Source of the DNA: Candidatus Bathyarchaeota archaeon
GTDB taxonomy: Archaea; Thermoproteota; Bathyarchaeia; Bathyarchaeales; Bathycorpusculaceae
NCBI GenBank assembly: GCA_963767735.1
Contig: CAVYES010000008.1
Span: 64,001 to 128,000 of the forward strand
Length of the DNA: 64,000 nucleotides
Direction: 5' to 3'
The translations under genes and the position numbers were made by a program. Shown here piece after piece: positions 29,436 to 39,637 of the stretch; positions within the stretch are counted from its first letter, which is position 1, and every line of letters starts with the position of its first letter. The notes beneath the pieces are model-generated. The model worked only from the letters and a program-made list of their open reading frames with translations. It made no database searches and had not been told where the DNA came from.

Positions 29436-29789
29436 ATGGAGGTGATTTTGATGAGTGAAGATAAAAATGGAAAAGCGAAGATAACAATTGAAGTAGAGCT
29501 AAACGAAGCTTTAATGACTGCGACAAAAGAGTGGAGACCCAAGATGGGTTGGATGGGTCCCTGGAGGGGCCACGGTATGATGGGAGGACAAATGCCTTTG
29601 GGCTTGCCTTGGAGCTCTGGACCTGGAATGCAGTGCCCAGCGTGTGGCGAACCCATGGTTAAACCAAGCAAGGAGGAAGTTCTGGAGATGCTGCAGCACA
29701 GAAAAGAAAAGCTTGAGGCTGTTCTGGAACACATAAACATGGAAATCGACAAACTCAAAGAAACTAAGGAAGAAGCGAAAAAAGAATAA
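29436..29789 (+). CDS. Small Gly/Met-rich protein with CxxC and C-terminal coiled coil (DUF5320-like); likely start 29451
   Basis: GWMGPWRGHGMMGG, CPAC, 'SKEEVLEMLQHRKEKLEAVLEHINMEIDKL'; GGAGGTGA before ATG 29451. Confidence 0.65.
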   Translation: MEVILMSEDKNGKAKITIEVELNEALMTATKEWRPKMGWMGPWRGHGMMGGQMPLGLPWSSGPGMQCPACGEPMVKPSKEEVLEMLQHRKEKLEAVLEHINMEIDKLKETKEEAKKE

Positions 29790-29823
29790 ACTTCGCCAAA
29801 TGAAGCCTTAAGGGTTTAATTGC

Positions 29824-30216
29824 TTAGCGTTCGTTGTTGGCTTTGTGTTTTAACTTTGGGATCGTTATTTCAAGGACATTCTTGTTGCACTGAGATACGA
29901 TGAACAGCATGTTTTCCAGTTGCAGATCCTTTAGGTTTAAAGGAATATTTCTGCTGCACACGTCACCGCAAACGACTATTTCTGATTCTTTCTTGATATG
30001 GCACTGTTCCTTGCAAACTGTTATTCCATCATGGTTCTTGTTCACGTGAATACTAACTTGTTCTTCTTGACATCTGCATTGAACCAAAAGCCTAACATTG
30101 TCTTCTTCGTCGATAACATCTATCAAAGGCTCTTCATATTGTTCAAAACTAGCACTATCTGATGTGGGTTTCTTAACAAGCACTTTACATAAATTAACAT
30201 CGAAACTATCTTCCAT
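29824..30216 (-). CDS. Divergent Hsp20/alpha-crystallin-like protein
   Basis: EPLIDVIDEEDNVRLLV...NKNVLEITIPK. Confidence 0.6.
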   Translation of the reverse strand: MEDSFDVNLCKVLVKKPTSDSASFEQYEEPLIDVIDEEDNVRLLVQCRCQEEQVSIHVNKNHDGITVCKEQCHIKKESEIVVCGDVCSRNIPLNLKDLQLENMLFIVSQCNKNVLEITIPKLKHKANNER

Positions 30217-30520
30217 GTTTTTCGCCTTCTAACAAAGAAGTATCGCCAAAGCATGCTTTAAATGTGCAAACATTGCTGCTCGTTGGCTATTCTCCTCATA
30301 ACTAACATGATAATTGGCTGGGTTAGAAACCTTTCGCAAAACGCGCGCTGCCTTGTCCCGAAATTATGTGTTGAAGAAAGTAGGTGAGGCTTTTTGTCGT
30401 GTCTGCCGATGTTTTCTGCGGCCTCTGTTCAGAACCAAACACAATATGCTGTACAAGGCGTAGCATGCAACGCTTTCTAAGCTTCTGACTTTGTTCGTGG
30501 TATTTTAGGGACAAACCAGC

Positions 30521-30592
30521 GTGCTTTTGACTTTTATTGACGTTTTTTGGCTTTTCTTGACGTCTATTGACTTTCTTTGACTTTTGTTGACG
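30521..30592. repeat. Tandem array of seven degenerate 10-bp units (TTGAC at a 10-bp period)
   Basis: TTGAC at 30527, 30537, 30557, 30567, 30577 and 30587; TTGGC at 30547. Confidence 0.85.
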
Positions 30593-30783
30593 CAACCTGC
30601 AAACAATTTAAGCTCTGCTTCAAAAAAGCAACCTAAAGCAGCCTGAACAAAAATTTGCGACATAACAACTGTTTTCTGCACAAACGATAACCACACCAAA
30701 AATTAGAGACAGAGCAGCTCACGACCTACCCAAGAACAGGTTTCATTTAATATTGGTTTAGAACCACTTTGGTGCGGTTAAGG

Positions 30784-30856
30784 TGCGGTCACCGGGATTT
30801 GAACCCGGGTTGTCAGCTTGGGAAGCTGATGTCCTACCAGGCTGGACTACGACCGC
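30784..30856 (-). tRNA. tRNA-Gly (anticodon CCC), intronless
   Basis: Reverse complement GCGGTCGTAGTCCAGCCTGGTAGGACATCAGCTTCCCAAGCTGACAACCCGGGTTCAAATCCCGGTGACCGCA folds as a cloverleaf. Confidence 0.96.
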
Positions 30857-31123
30857 AAACGCTTTTTTGCATTGAGACCAGTTTGTTTTAGGTTTGCGTA
30901 AATATATTGATTCTCATACCTTTAATTGAGTAATAACTCCGTCAGGTTTAGTGACCTGTACCTTGTAAAACCTTAAAAAACCTGAAGGCTTCTTTTGATA
31001 ATTGGATGAAAACTCAATAAAAAAATTTTTACAAAAATAAGTTATTTCTTACTTCGGGCATCCGAGCAAGCATAATCGTTATCTCTGACTAAGTTGAAAG
31101 AATATCGAGGAGAAAAAAAAGCT

Positions 31124-32200
31124 TTGCCTAAAAGTTACACTTACACCGACGCAGGCGTAAACCGTAAACAACGTGCAGAGTCCAAAAAAGCGCTAAAAAA
31201 CCTCAAGGAAACTTACAAGTACAACCGCCTCGGCGTCATGCATCTACCATATGGCAACATTTTTCCAATTGGAGAAAACACTTTCCTTGACATGGTCATC
31301 GAAGGGGTAGGCACCAAAGTTCTCATAGCACAATTGGCACAGAAATATGACACCATAGGAATCGACGCCGTAGCCATGGCGGTCAACGACGTTATTCGTT
31401 CCGGAGCTAAACCACTCGCCATAGCAGATAACATACATGCACAAGAAAGCAACCCCGCGCTTGTAAACGCGTGGCTAAAAGGAATCATTCAGGGCGCAGC
31501 TCAAGCCGAATGCCCAGTTACTGGAGGAGAAACAGGCGATGTCGCTGAAATAATAAAGGGCTTAGCAGAAAACGCTGGGTTCGACATGGTGGTCGCTTCT
31601 GTCGGTGAAGTTGAGCGGCAAGAAATCATAACTGGAGAAAACATCAAACCCGGCGATCCGATAATAGGCTTAGCAAGCAGCGGATTGCATAGCAACGGCA
31701 TAACAATGGCAAGAAAAATTCTCTTTAAGCAATGGGGAGGAAAATACGAGCCAAACGACATCCCAGAAGGTTTAGACAGAGCAATTGTGCTCGAAGCTCT
31801 TGAACCAACAAAAATTTATGTTAAACCACTACTCAAACTAGCCAGCGAAGTTAGGGTCAAAGCAGCCGTGCATATCACAGGCGATGCCTACATGAAATTT
31901 AATAATTTGACCAGTTCTTCGTCCGGCATAGGCTTTGGATTCAACAACTTCAAACCCCAACCGATATTCGGGTTGATTCAAAAAACAGCCGCTGAACTAG
32001 GCTACATCATTACAGACGAGGAAATGTTCAAAACCTTTAACATGGGCTGGGGGTTCGGCATAATCGTTGACAAAACAGAAATCGATAATGCCATGAATAC
32101 GCTAGAGCAGGACAATGTAAAACCTGAAATAATAGGAAAAGTGACAGACAAACAAACCGTAGAAATAAAGCACAAAAACAAAATAATGACATTGACGTAA
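31124..32200 (+). CDS. purM: Phosphoribosylformylglycinamidine cyclo-ligase (likely start TTG 31124; ORF track starts 31094)
   Basis: YTDAGV, EGVGTK, AMAVND, GGET, SSGLHSNG, HITG, TFNMG. Confidence 0.95.
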   Translation: MPKSYTYTDAGVNRKQRAESKKALKNLKETYKYNRLGVMHLPYGNIFPIGENTFLDMVIEGVGTKVLIAQLAQKYDTIGIDAVAMAVNDVIRSGAKPLAIADNIHAQESNPALVNAWLKGIIQGAAQAECPVTGGETGDVAEIIKGLAENAGFDMVVASVGEVERQEIITGENIKPGDPIIGLASSGLHSNGITMARKILFKQWGGKYEPNDIPEGLDRAIVLEALEPTKIYVKPLLKLASEVRVKAAVHITGDAYMKFNNLTSSSSGIGFGFNNFKPQPIFGLIQKTAAELGYIITDEEMFKTFNMGWGFGIIVDKTEIDNAMNTLEQDNVKPEIIGKVTDKQTVEIKHKNKIMTLT

Positions 32201-32258
32201 AATTTTGCTTTTTTTAGTACAAAAGCGTTTAAATCTTCTAGCTTAATTTAAAGGCTTT

Positions 32259-32510
32259 ATGAAATACCGCGCTAAAATAGAAGTTAGCCTAAAACCAGGC
32301 CATAGCAATCCTGAAGGGGAAACAATAGCTCGTTTACTCAAAGAACTCAGCTACAAGATACAAGCCGTAGATGTGAGTAAAGTTTACACCCTCACCTTTG
32401 AAGCGCCAACATTGCAAGAAGCCAGCGCAAAAGCCGAAGAAATGAGCAAGCGCCTTTTGGCAAACCCAACCAAAGACAATTACACGATAAATGTTGAGGA
32501 GCAGAAATGA
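32259..32510 (+). CDS. purS: FGAM synthase subunit PurS
   Basis: LKPGHSNPEG, LLANP. Confidence 0.93.
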   Translation: MKYRAKIEVSLKPGHSNPEGETIARLLKELSYKIQAVDVSKVYTLTFEAPTLQEASAKAEEMSKRLLANPTKDNYTINVEEQK

Positions 32511-34888
32511 ACGCTAACCTCTACATCCCCCGCAAAGCCGGGTACGCGCTCTATGAAGTTGCAGTAGCAAAAGCCAGCGACCAACAACTCATCGAAATCA
32601 GCAACGAACTCGCCTTAGGCTTAAACCTGCAAGAAATGAAGAGCATACAAGCCTACTTCAAAGCGGAAGGCAGAAACCCAACAGATGTGGAACTGCAAAC
32701 CATCAGCCAAACATGGTCAGAACATTGCTACCATAAAACCTTCAAAGGAAAAATCCAAATCGGCGGCAAAGAAATCGAGAGCCTATTCAAAACCTTCATT
32801 GCAAAAGTCACAAAAGAAATCAGGGCGCCGTGGTGCTTCAGCGTCTTCGAGGACAACGCGGGCATTGTCCGCTTCGATAAAGGTTATGGAATAGCAGCAA
32901 AAGTTGAAACACACAACCACCCTTCGGCTGTTGAACCCTTCGGCGGCGCAGCAACCGGCGTTGGCGGCGTAATTCGAGACATCTTAGGTGTCTGGGCTGA
33001 CCCCATCGCATGCACAGATGTTTTAGGTTTCGGACCATTAGACTACGATTACAACAAGCTTCCTGCAGGAGTAAAACACCCAAAATACGTTTACATGGGC
33101 GTCACCGCAGGCATCAGCGCGTATGGCAATAACATGGGTATCCCAACAGTCAACGGAGCAATATACTTCGACGAAAGCTACACAGGCAACGTCACCGTCT
33201 ACTGCGGATGCATAGGTCTACTGCCACTAAACAAATTCACTAAAAATGCCAAACCAGAACACATAATCGTTTTAGCAGGCGGAAAAACAGGACGCGACGG
33301 CATCCACGGCGTCACTTTCGCCTCCGCCGAACTAACTGAAAAATCAGAAGAAATCTCCCGTCCAGCAGTGCAAATCGCCGACCCGATAGAAGAAGAAAAG
33401 GTCAAACGTGCGATAATTGAAATCCGCGACCTACAATTGGCATCGGCAACAACCGACCTTGGCGGCGGAGGCTTGTCCTCAGCAGTCGGCGAAACCGCTG
33501 AAAAATTCGATTGTGGAACAACCATCGAGCTTGACAAGGTACCGTTGAAATATCAGGGTTTGGCGCCATGGGAAATTTACATTTCAGAATCCCAAGAAAG
33601 AATGCTCATAACAGTACCACCTGAAAACCTCGAGCGGGTTATGGCGGTTTTTGAAAAAGAGGACGTTCAAGCCACAGCAATTGGCAAACTTACAACCGAC
33701 CGCCGCTTACAGCTTAATTTTAATGGTGAGAAAGTTGCCGACATGGACATGACTTTCCTGTTTAACCCCTGCGAAAGCACGAAAACGGCAACCATCGAAA
33801 CCCCAAACTTCACGGAACCAGAGTTTCCCCAGCCAGAAAACCTAACAGAAACCCTTCTGCAGCTTCTTTCGGCTCCAAACATTGCCAGCAAAGAAAGCGT
33901 CATACGCACTTACGACCATGAGGTAAAAGGAAACACCACTCTCAAACCCCTACAAGGAGAGTACGCTGGACCAAACGATGCAGCTGTGTTGAAACCCCTT
34001 GATGATTCATGGAAAGGCTTAGTTATTTCGTGCGGAATGAACCCGAATTACGGAAAAATTGATGCTTACTGGATGGCTGCTTCAGCTATTGATGAGGCAG
34101 TTAGAAACAACGTTGCCGTCGGAGGAAGAAGAATTGCGCTGCTGGATAATTTCACGTGGGGAAACCCTGAGAAGCCAGAGCGTTTGGGCTCGCTGGTAAG
34201 AGCCTGCGAAGCATGCTATGACTATGCCAGGGCGTATAAGACCCCGTTTATCTCGGGAAAAGATAGCCTCTACAACGAGTCCCCTCTTGGACCAGTTACG
34301 CCGACACTTCTAATTACCGCCATAGGCATAATCCCCAACATTCAATTCACCACCTCGATGGATTTGAAAGCAACAGACAACCTGCTCTATATCATCGGGG
34401 ACACATTCAATGAGCTGGGCGGTTCGGAATACTATAAGCTCAAAGGCCACTTAGGCGCAAACGTGCCCAAAGTGAAAGGAGCCAAAGCTAAACGCACATT
34501 CAGAACCGTCACTAAAGCCATCGATTCAGGCTTAATCAAATCCTGCCATGACCTTTCCGAAGGCGGGTTAGCGGTGGCGACGGCGGAGATGGCGTTTGCA
34601 GGCGGATACGGCTTAGAGTTAGATTTAGATAAAGTGCCATGCAAAGAGTTAGCGCGAAATGATTTTGTATTGTTTTCAGAGTCAAACAGCCGCTTCCTTA
34701 TGGAAGTCTCAGAAACTGACAGGCAGGAATTCGAATCTTTGATGAAGGGCAAAGGCTGTTGCCAAATTGGCAAAGTAACCAAAGACCAGAAACTGCTCAT
34801 CCACGGATTAAACCAAAAAATAGTTGTGGACGCCTCACTTTCAGAGTTGCGGCGTAGTTGGAAAAAAACATTAAGCGGGGAATCCTGA
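32507..34888 (+). CDS. purL: FGAM synthase subunit PurL
   Basis: WSEHCYHK, ETHNHPS, GRDGIHG, SESQERM, ISGKDS, HDLSEGG. Confidence 0.96.
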   Translation: MNANLYIPRKAGYALYEVAVAKASDQQLIEISNELALGLNLQEMKSIQAYFKAEGRNPTDVELQTISQTWSEHCYHKTFKGKIQIGGKEIESLFKTFIAKVTKEIRAPWCFSVFEDNAGIVRFDKGYGIAAKVETHNHPSAVEPFGGAATGVGGVIRDILGVWADPIACTDVLGFGPLDYDYNKLPAGVKHPKYVYMGVTAGISAYGNNMGIPTVNGAIYFDESYTGNVTVYCGCIGLLPLNKFTKNAKPEHIIVLAGGKTGRDGIHGVTFASAELTEKSEEISRPAVQIADPIEEEKVKRAIIEIRDLQLASATTDLGGGGLSSAVGETAEKFDCGTTIELDKVPLKYQGLAPWEIYISESQERMLITVPPENLERVMAVFEKEDVQATAIGKLTTDRRLQLNFNGEKVADMDMTFLFNPCESTKTATIETPNFTEPEFPQPENLTETLLQLLSAPNIASKESVIRTYDHEVKGNTTLKPLQGEYAGPNDAAVLKPLDDSWKGLVISCGMNPNYGKIDAYWMAASAIDEAVRNNVAVGGRRIALLDNFTWGNPEKPERLGSLVRACEACYDYARAYKTPFISGKDSLYNESPLGPVTPTLLITAIGIIPNIQFTTSMDLKATDNLLYIIGDTFNELGGSEYYKLKGHLGANVPKVKGAKAKRTFRTVTKAIDSGLIKSCHDLSEGGLAVATAEMAFAGGYGLELDLDKVPCKELARNDFVLFSESNSRFLMEVSETDRQEFESLMKGKGCCQIGKVTKDQKLLIHGLNQKIVVDASLSELRRSWKKTLSGES

Positions 34889-35703
34889 TGAACCAAGAAG
34901 AAATCAGAGTCTGCGTTTTGCGTGTCGGAGGAACCAACTGCGATGCAGAAACTGAGAGGACTTTTTTGGAGTTAGGTGTCCATGCGGAGACTTTGCACGT
35001 TAACGAGCTGATAAAACGCAAAAACCTGCTTGATTATCAGATGCTGGTTTTTCCAGGCGGCTTCTCATTTGGCGATTACGTGCGTTCAGGCGTCATTTTT
35101 GCACGGTGGCTCAGCGCCAAATTGGGCAGGGAGATTGAAACTTTTATTGATGAAGGCAGACCGATTCTGGGCATATGCAACGGCTTTCAAATACTGGTTG
35201 AATATGGTTTGCTTCCGGGCTTCGAAGGAATGAGCGCTTATCCAGAGGCGACATTGACAACTAATGAGCCAGCGGGCTTCAAGTGCCAGTGGGTTTACCT
35301 CAAAAACGAGAATAGAGGAAAATGCATGTTCTCAAGCAAAATCCCAGCTGGAAAGGTGGTGAGGATGCCGATTGCCCATGGAGAAGGCAGGTTGCTTTTC
35401 CCCAAAGAGAAGGAAAAGGAAATACTTGCAAAATTAATCGATAATGACATGGTGGTTTTCCGTTACTGCGACAAAGGCGGCAACGTTGCCGACGGCAAGT
35501 ATCCAGCAAATCCGAACGGCGCCTTTCATGACATCGCAGGCATATGTAACAAGGAAGGAAACATTTTCGGTTTGATGCCTCACCCAGAAAGAGCACTTTA
35601 TTGGTGGCAGCAACCTGACTGGACACGCCAACAGCAAATGCTACAATATGGCGACGGAAAACTAATCTTCCAAAGCATAATCGACAAACTAACCCAGAAA
35701 TGA
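34888..35703 (+). CDS. purQ: FGAM synthase glutaminase subunit PurQ (start ATG 34888 overlaps the purL stop)
   Basis: GTNCD, PGGFSFGDY, GICNGFQ, AHGEG, MPHPER. Confidence 0.95.
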   Translation: MNQEEIRVCVLRVGGTNCDAETERTFLELGVHAETLHVNELIKRKNLLDYQMLVFPGGFSFGDYVRSGVIFARWLSAKLGREIETFIDEGRPILGICNGFQILVEYGLLPGFEGMSAYPEATLTTNEPAGFKCQWVYLKNENRGKCMFSSKIPAGKVVRMPIAHGEGRLLFPKEKEKEILAKLIDNDMVVFRYCDKGGNVADGKYPANPNGAFHDIAGICNKEGNIFGLMPHPERALYWWQQPDWTRQQQMLQYGDGKLIFQSIIDKLTQK

Positions 35704-36020
35704 TAAACCTGCAATGAATAATCTGAGTTATCTCGAGCACTTTTACAGGCTAATTAGCAAAAGCTAGGTCAACAAAACGATAGTTCAGCTGAAACTTAGA
35801 AGGGAAAAGTCTGGTTTTTTTTGGGCGACTCAGAATGCGCGGGCAACTCTTGCTCTTGCAGACTGAAGGATTGAATAAGACGCAACTTGTAATTTAATGA
35901 AGTGCACGTATTTAAGAGAGGCAAAAAGAGAAACAATAAAGATTTCTAGGCTTTTTTCCCTTAATCTGCGTCAACTATTTATAGTACTTTAGGCTAGATT
36001 TATGATTAGGGTGGACATGT

Positions 36021-36500
36021 TTGTCAACCAAAATTAAAGTGGGAGACAAGGCGCAGGATTTCACTCTACCGGATATCGACATGAACCCCAGAGAACTAAA
36101 AGATTTTCTAGGACAAAAAATCGTATTGGCTTTCTCCGTTGACGCGTTCACATCAAGATGCACAAAAGAGATTTGTGAGTTCCGCGATTTCATATCTCGA
36201 CTTGTTGATTTGAATGTCCAAATTATCGGAATAAGCGCAAATGATCCCTTCACAAACACCGATTTCGCAGAAAAAAATAGGGTGGTCTTTCCAGTACTAT
36301 GGGACTACAGACGGCAGGTTTCCAAAACCTATGGTTTAGAATCGGAGAATTTTGCCGTGAACGAAGGCTACTCGGTTCCTAAACGCTCAATTTTTATCTT
36401 AGACTCGAAAGGTTTAGTGCAGTATGTTTGGGCTTCAGGTAATCCAGCAGCTGAACCAAACTATCAGGAAATACAGATGAAAATAAAAGAAATCATTTAG
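36021..36500 (+). CDS. Peroxiredoxin (AhpC/TSA, BCP-like)
   Basis: AFTSRCTKEIC, GISAND, KRSIFILD. Confidence 0.85.
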   Translation: MSTKIKVGDKAQDFTLPDIDMNPRELKDFLGQKIVLAFSVDAFTSRCTKEICEFRDFISRLVDLNVQIIGISANDPFTNTDFAEKNRVVFPVLWDYRRQVSKTYGLESENFAVNEGYSVPKRSIFILDSKGLVQYVWASGNPAAEPNYQEIQMKIKEII

Positions 36501-36734
36501 ATGCCCGTCGGCTATTTCCAAAAAAATGAAACATAATAAGCGATTTTCTATTGGGTTAAAGGATTTCGATCCCTGACAATTCGTAAGGTCAAATCGGGCA
36601 AGGAGTGGTAACACTCTCTCTTTTTATAGTTTAAACCGCTTCTCAGACTATTGTTGTTTTAAAGAATCCTTAAAGTGTCGGATTCTTGGACAGTCATCTG
36701 AAAAAGTTTGTTTTTTTAGAGCATTATCGAGAGA

Positions 36735-37649
36735 CTAGTAGAGAACTGTTAAATCCTTAGCGTAGGGCAAGCCTGCACGGGCACCCATCGCCGTAACGCT
36801 TCTTGAAGCTACAAAATTCCCCAGTCGTCCGCATTCGTAGAGGCTTTTTTTGGTAATTAAGCCGTAGAGGAAGCCTGCGCAGAAAGCGTCCCCAGCGCCA
36901 GTCGTGTCGACTGCTTTAACTGTGAAGGGTTCAATTCTTAGTTTCTGCTCGCCGTCTGTAACGTAGCAGCCTAGGCTGCCAAGTTTAACCGCGACAATTT
37001 TAACTCCCAGTCCAATCATTAAATCTGCGCCCTCACGGTAATCAGCTTCTCCTGATAAAAGCTCAAGTTCAACAGTGTTAGGTATCAAAACGTAAGAACT
37101 CCTAATTAATGGCTCAATAACCGCAAAACCCTTCTGTGCATACACCGAGCCAGGGTCAAAGCTGATTTTCACGGAGTTAGGTAGAGCAGCTAAGAGCTTT
37201 TTTTGTGCACGGAAAGATTTTTCGCCGACAAAAGAGGATTGATGAAGAAATTTTGTCTCAGAAAGATAACTGTAATTTATTTCTCGAGGTTCGATTGTAT
37301 CGTTGACGCCTGAGTTAACGTATAGCGCTCTTGCGCCTTTCTTATCCACGAAGCCCATTACTGAACCGCTTTTTCCATTTTTTGCCTGAATAATGCCGCT
37401 GGTGTCGACGCCTTCATTGCTAAAACAGTCAATTTGCAGTTTGCCTTCACGGTCATTGGCTACTTTGCCTATGAAACCAACTTTGCAACCGAGCCTTGCC
37501 AACCCCACAACAGTGTTTGCGGCGGAACCGCCACATGCTTCCGTATAGTCTTCTATGAAGCTTTCTTCTTCAGCGCCCGCAAGCCTTTCGGTCTTGAAGA
37601 GCATATCAACGTTAAGTGCGCCAAAACCTACAACATCAAACTTAGTCAT
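36735..37649 (-). CDS. PfkB/ribokinase-family kinase (EhaT-like)
   Basis: GGSAAN, SFDPG, PN..E, VKLG..G, VDTTGAGDAF. Confidence 0.9.
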   Translation of the reverse strand: MTKFDVVGFGALNVDMLFKTERLAGAEEESFIEDYTEACGGSAANTVVGLARLGCKVGFIGKVANDREGKLQIDCFSNEGVDTSGIIQAKNGKSGSVMGFVDKKGARALYVNSGVNDTIEPREINYSYLSETKFLHQSSFVGEKSFRAQKKLLAALPNSVKISFDPGSVYAQKGFAVIEPLIRSSYVLIPNTVELELLSGEADYREGADLMIGLGVKIVAVKLGSLGCYVTDGEQKLRIEPFTVKAVDTTGAGDAFCAGFLYGLITKKSLYECGRLGNFVASRSVTAMGARAGLPYAKDLTVLY

Positions 37650-38554
37650 GGAAACAACTCCTTTAACAATATTTTGTGTTCACCTAGTTTGCCTCCGTAG
37701 TTGCCAGCGGAAACTTTTACAACTCCGTCAATTCCGAGTATTGCTTCTATCCCGACTTTGGTGGCTTCTTTTACAGCTGCTAAGGACACGCCGTTATAAA
37801 CTATTTCGGCTATGTAGCCGACGTCTTCAGGCACACGAGATTCTTTGCCTATCTTTTTCTTTAGAGAAGGACAATAAAGATGATTTGTTGTTGGACCAAT
37901 TTTTGGAAAATGTGTTTCAGGCTTTGAGCCGGCAGAGCAGACGTCAAAGGGCGTAACTACACCAGTCACATTGTGTATGGCAACTAATGCTTTTTCTCCT
38001 GCTTGCTTTAGGGCTTGTTTTGTTTTGCACAGAACCCAAAAGTTTCCGCCCATGACACCGCGTGCATAGCCCAAGTACCGTTCAATAACGAAGTCAGGAA
38101 CCATCAAGGGAACAACGATAACCTCTCTGCCGTCGCGTTTTTCAACCCACTCGTACCCATCACCGCAGTGCCCAACAGTCTCCATCATGTCCATTTTACC
38201 TTCAGCTTTGGGCAAAGTGTCGTATACGGCGGTGAATGGCTTGACTAGGATGTCTTGGCGGATGCGGTAGGAAAGCTCAGTCTCAAATTTTCGCAGTGAT
38301 TGTTCAAAGGTTTTTTTGGGGTTTATTTCTCCCCAGAATTGCAGTATTGCACCTGATCGTTTGTCTGGGGTTTCTTTTTGGCTGAGGTATTTTTCGACGC
38401 CTCCTTCTGTTCTTCCGATCACAACAGATGGCGTTGCCGTTGAATCCTCAGCAGCCTTATGCAAAGTTTCTTCATCGTCTGCTGTGACGATTACTCGACA
38501 ATAAATTCCAGTGAAAGCTTCTGCGTACGTGTCCTCTATCTGCGCTTTTGGCAT
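37646..38554 (-). CDS. ftr: Formylmethanofuran:H4MPT formyltransferase homolog (Ftr-2 / EhaS-like)
   Basis: IEDTYAEAF, ETPDKRSG, GHCGDGYE, VPLM, GVMGGNF, SAGSK, PTTNH, VSAGNYGGKLG. Confidence 0.88.
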   Translation of the reverse strand: MPKAQIEDTYAEAFTGIYCRVIVTADDEETLHKAAEDSTATPSVVIGRTEGGVEKYLSQKETPDKRSGAILQFWGEINPKKTFEQSLRKFETELSYRIRQDILVKPFTAVYDTLPKAEGKMDMMETVGHCGDGYEWVEKRDGREVIVVPLMVPDFVIERYLGYARGVMGGNFWVLCKTKQALKQAGEKALVAIHNVTGVVTPFDVCSAGSKPETHFPKIGPTTNHLYCPSLKKKIGKESRVPEDVGYIAEIVYNGVSLAAVKEATKVGIEAILGIDGVVKVSAGNYGGKLGEHKILLKELFP

Positions 38555-39637
38555 TTATCCAAGCCCCCCAATGGCTACTCCTCGCACCTTTTTTCTGAAT
38601 TCGCTACTTTCTTTTACTATTGATTCCATATTTTGCGCTGTTAATATTTGAGCGTTAGGCAACGCGTTGGGATACAAATCTGTGAGCTTTTTTACCAAAA
38701 CATCGTCGACTCCGTATTTTTTGAGCGTACCATAACTCCAAGAGCAAATGGCGCTTATTGTTTTTTCTCTTCCAAACCTGCTGAACAAGTCAGCAATCAC
38801 TGCAGTAACAAGATTGCTATCGGACAAAACGGCTACTGCAGCATTTTTTACTGCGTAACTGTTTCCGTTGAAAGATATTGTTAAGCCTTCGTTGGCTCGA
38901 ACCAGTTTGAAGGCTTCCACGTCCGTTATGCTGTCGCCCACATACATCACATCCGCTAAATCTGCGCCCAAACGCTTCACGATATCCCGGATTGCCTCCG
39001 CTTTCTGTTCCCCGCCAACCGTTACCACGTCGATAAGGAATTTGCCGATGAACATCTTGGGGATTTCAATCCAGAAAACCTCGTCAAAACGCCGAATAAC
39101 CGTTTGGTCACTGGCTGAAAAATCTTCGATGTTTTTTGCGGATGGCGGGATATCAATTAAATGCATTTGCGCAATTTCTTGTGCTATTTCTTTTAGGCGA
39201 TCTTTTTCTTTCGGAGTGATGGCGCATTTGTCGAGGCTCACTTTGGTGCAGTAAGTGTTTTTGTATGGGAAGTCGAGGGCTTTGCATAGGGCTTTGATAT
39301 AGTGTTGGTAGCTTGTGCTGACGATAAAGGCATCAGTTATGGCTTGTACATGGTGAAGGGTAGCCTGGCTGTTAGCAATTAACATGATGTTTTTGGATGA
39401 GAAATCTTCCATTTGCCGGTCGGTTATGCCGTATGCTTTGAAGAAAGGCAAAATGAGCTTTAAGGTGCTACCGGCAGAGTAACCTGGTTTGTGCAGAATA
39501 TCCGCCAATACATCATCATATTTGCTGATGTTAGCGAAAAGTTGGTCTCCATTTGGAATAAAATTTGCTGCTAACTCATAGGCATTGTCGTTTTTTGAGA
39601 TTGGCCCTTCGCAGTCGGATATGAAGATGCGCTTCAC
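38555..39637 (-). CDS. HAD-superfamily protein (EhaR-like)
   Basis: Motif I DCEGP, VSTSY, K, motif IV YVGDSITD, SFNGNSYA. Confidence 0.82.
   Translation of the reverse strand: MKRIFISDCEGPISKNDNAYELAANFIPNGDQLFANISKYDDVLADILHKPGYSAGSTLKLILPFFKAYGITDRQMEDFSSKNIMLIANSQATLHHVQAITDAFIVSTSYQHYIKALCKALDFPYKNTYCTKVSLDKCAITPKEKDRLKEIAQEIAQMHLIDIPPSAKNIEDFSASDQTVIRRFDEVFWIEIPKMFIGKFLIDVVTVGGEQKAEAIRDIVKRLGADLADVMYVGDSITDVEAFKLVRANEGLTISFNGNSYAVKNAAVAVLSDSNLVTAVIADLFSRFGREKTISAICSWSYGTLKKYGVDDVLVKKLTDLYPNALPNAQILTAQNMESIVKESSEFRKKVRGVAIGGLG

Noticed and set aside
30521-30592. Possible CRISPR array
   Set aside because: Units are 10 bp with no unique 30-40 bp spacers, and there are no cas genes in the window
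30323-30699. ORFs 30323-30595 and 30505-30699 spanning the 10-bp array
   Set aside because: A 10-bp period does not fit a coding repeat and the translations are low-complexity; treated as non-coding
36552-36620. GGAT-TTCG-ATCC hairpin resembling a tRNA T-arm or ncRNA fragment
   Set aside because: No cloverleaf or recognisable RNA family; lies between convergent genes and may be terminator-related or chance
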